DNA of 48,992 nucleotides from Phycisphaerales bacterium (GTDB lineage Bacteria; Planctomycetota; Phycisphaerae; Phycisphaerales; SM1A02): NCBI GenBank assembly GCA_007693845.1, contig RECV01000171.1, positions 1 to 48,992 of the forward strand, read 5' to 3'. Shown piece by piece: positions 47,264 to 48,992 of this stretch (position 1 is its first letter; each line of letters starts with the position of its first letter). The notes under the pieces were generated by a model. It saw only the letters and a program-made list of their open reading frames with translations, ran no database searches and was not told where the DNA came from. The position numbers and the translations under genes were made by a program.

Positions 47264-48202
47264 TCACTCGCCCCGGTCGAACATCGCGTCGATAAACGCA
47301 TCCGGATCAAACGGTTCGACATCATCCGGCGTTTCACCCACGCCGACGAGTTTGACCGGCACGTCAATTGTTTCCCGGATGGCGAGGATGATCCCGCCCT
47401 TCGCCGTGCCGTCGAGTTTGGCGAGAAAAATGCCGGTGATGTCGATCGCTTCGTTGAAGATCTTCGCCTGATTGACCGCGTTCTGTCCGCTGGTGGCGTC
47501 GAGCACGAGCAATACTTCGTGCGGGCCGTCGGGAATCTTCTTGCCGATCACATTGCGGATCTTGGTGAGCTGCCGCATCAGGTTTTCCTGCGTGTGCAGC
47601 CGGCCGGCGGTGTCGATGAGCAACACATCCACGCCACGCGCGATCGCGGCATCCGTGGCGTCGTACACGACCGAAGCGGGGTCCGCACCCGTCGCGCCTC
47701 GGATCATCTCAACCCCCAGCCGGTCCGACCAGATCGCAAGTTGCTCCACCGCGCCGGCGCGAAACGTGTCCGCTGCTGCGAGAAGCACACTGCGGCCTTC
47801 ATCGCGCAGACTCTTGGCGATCTTCGCCACGCTCGTGGTCTTCCCCGCGCCGTTGATCCCCGCCACGAGAATCACGGTCGGCTTCTTCGTCGCCACCGCG
47901 AGCGAGCGGTCCACATCCGACCAACGCGATTTCAATTGCTGCTTGAGGTAATCAATCGCATCCTCACCTCGCGACACCCGGCCGGTGCGAAACTCCGTGC
48001 GCAGACTTTCAATGATTTCCGTGGAGGTTTTCACGCCGACATCCGCGGTGATGAGATAGATTTCGATCTCATCGATCAGTTCCTCGCTCAGCGTCTTGCC
48101 GAAAAGCAACCCGCGCAATCCGCCGGAGAATGCTTCACGGGTACGGCTGAGGCCCTTGCGAATCTTGTTGACCGCGGAACGAAACAGACCCATCGAATTC
48201 AC
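47264..48202 (-). CDS. ftsY: Signal recognition particle receptor FtsY (NG domain only)
   Basis: GINGAGKTTSVAKIA (G1), DTAGRL (G3), …TKLDGTAKGG (G4). Short form lacking the acidic N-domain. Confidence 0.92.
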   Translation of the reverse strand: MNSMGLFRSAVNKIRKGLSRTREAFSGGLRGLLFGKTLSEELIDEIEIYLITADVGVKTSTEIIESLRTEFRTGRVSRGEDAIDYLKQQLKSRWSDVDRSLAVATKKPTVILVAGINGAGKTTSVAKIAKSLRDEGRSVLLAAADTFRAGAVEQLAIWSDRLGVEMIRGATGADPASVVYDATDAAIARGVDVLLIDTAGRLHTQENLMRQLTKIRNVIGKKIPDGPHEVLLVLDATSGQNAVNQAKIFNEAIDITGIFLAKLDGTAKGGIILAIRETIDVPVKLVGVGETPDDVEPFDPDAFIDAMFDRGE

Positions 48203-48657
48203 TCCTCCCCGTTCATGTCGCCGCCGGCAGCAGACGCTTCGGCCGCTTCGGTGCGGGCGAGGTGCAGCCGGTAAATCTTGTCGAGAACGCCGTTGATGAA
48301 GAGCGGCGACTTGTCGGTGCTGAATTCCTTGGCCAGTTCGACCGCTTCGTTGATCGCCGCCTTCGCGGGCGTTCGGCCGGTCGTGATCTCATGGTGCGCC
48401 AGCCGCAGAATGTTTCGGTCCAGCATCGGCTGTCTGTATGTGGGCCAATCCGGCGTGATTGCCGCGACGTCCTGATCCGCGCGTTCCCGCGCCGCCCAGG
48501 CCGCCTGGGCGAGATCAAATCCCTGGTGGTGTGACTGTTCACCGCCGGGAGACAGCTCAAGCGACTCGCGCACGATATCCGGCGAGTCGGAACTGCCAGC
48601 GTCAAACTGATACATCGCCTGCAGCGCACACCGGCGAACATCACGCGTCACATTCAT
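48199..48657 (-). CDS. nusB: Transcription antitermination factor NusB
   Basis: RRCALQAMYQFD…ILRLAHHEI…INEAVELAKEF NusB signature. Start overlaps the ribH stop. Confidence 0.88.
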   Translation of the reverse strand: MNVTRDVRRCALQAMYQFDAGSSDSPDIVRESLELSPGGEQSHHQGFDLAQAAWAARERADQDVAAITPDWPTYRQPMLDRNILRLAHHEITTGRTPAKAAINEAVELAKEFSTDKSPLFINGVLDKIYRLHLARTEAAEASAAGGDMNGEE

Positions 48658-48992
48658 GCGCTGCTCCGCTCCGCGCTGCGCCCGTCAGTCAACTCACGCA
48701 CCTGGCGGACCGCGCCGGCGGCTTCGATCGCAGCGGTCATCGCTTCCTCGCCTTTGTTACCCTGCCGTCCGCCGGCACGATTTCGCGCCTGGCCCATCGT
48801 CTGGCAGGTGAGTACGCCGAACGCCACCGGAATGCCCGTTTCGACGCTGATCTGCGCGAGACCGTTCGCGACGGCGGAGCAGATGTACTGATCGTGCGGC
48901 GTCTCCCCGGTGATCACGCAGCCGATCGCGACGATGGCGTCAACCTGGCCCTGCCGAGCAATCGCCGCCGCGATCGAGACCAGTTCGAACGA
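48654..48992 (-). CDS. ribH: 6,7-dimethyl-8-ribityllumazine synthase (partial; N-terminus beyond the window)
   Basis: …VDAIVAIGCVITGETPHDQYICSAVANGLAQISVETGIPVAFGVLT… Classic ribH–nusB arrangement. Confidence 0.85.
   Translation of the reverse strand, partial: SFELVSIAAAIARQGQVDAIVAIGCVITGETPHDQYICSAVANGLAQISVETGIPVAFGVLTCQTMGQARNRAGGRQGNKGEEAMTAAIEAAGAVRQVRELTDGRSAERSSA

Overview
This is a high-GC (~65%) bacterial chromosomal window. Gene content and style (dockerin-like repeats, PIN–TRAM protein, very large alpha-helical secreted proteins) suggest a Planctomycetota-like organism; that placement is an inference. Recognisable housekeeping genes are purA, mnmA, an RNase HII-family gene, a cold-shock protein gene, a probable SRP RNA followed by dnaX–ybaB–recR–rpoN, frr, pyrH, a tRNA, and ftsY–nusB–ribH (partial at the right edge). 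They alternate with accessory material. The main point of interest is an ~10.2 kb operon (25365–35593) of eight translationally coupled genes. It encodes a membrane-anchored vWA protein, one ExbB/TolQ/MotA-like proton channel, two ExbD/TolR-like proteins and three large all-alpha proteins (889, 972 and 269 aa) with no recognisable TonB or Pal partner. This is a candidate uncharacterised motor-driven envelope system. Other notable items: (1) the normally contiguous pyrH–frr pair is split by a ~2.8 kb insertion carrying a REP-flanked tyrosine transposase (RAYT), a DUF4258 toxin-like pair and a membrane protein; (2) a STAND-like P-loop NTPase and a TPR protein in overlapping frames at the left edge, adjacent to a 21-bp tandem repeat array; (3) an A10 slippery run inside dnaX with an immediate −1-frame stop, a gamma/tau-type recoding signature; (4) a zinc-ribbon ORF, an HExxH metallopeptidase-like ORF and an ATP-grasp ORF in series, the last two translationally coupled; (5) a tRNA with an acceptor-stem bulge next to an ORF-free 650-bp region; (6) a 50-aa ORF with a perfect Shine–Dalgarno sequence and its own terminator. 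No CRISPR arrays or rRNA genes were seen.
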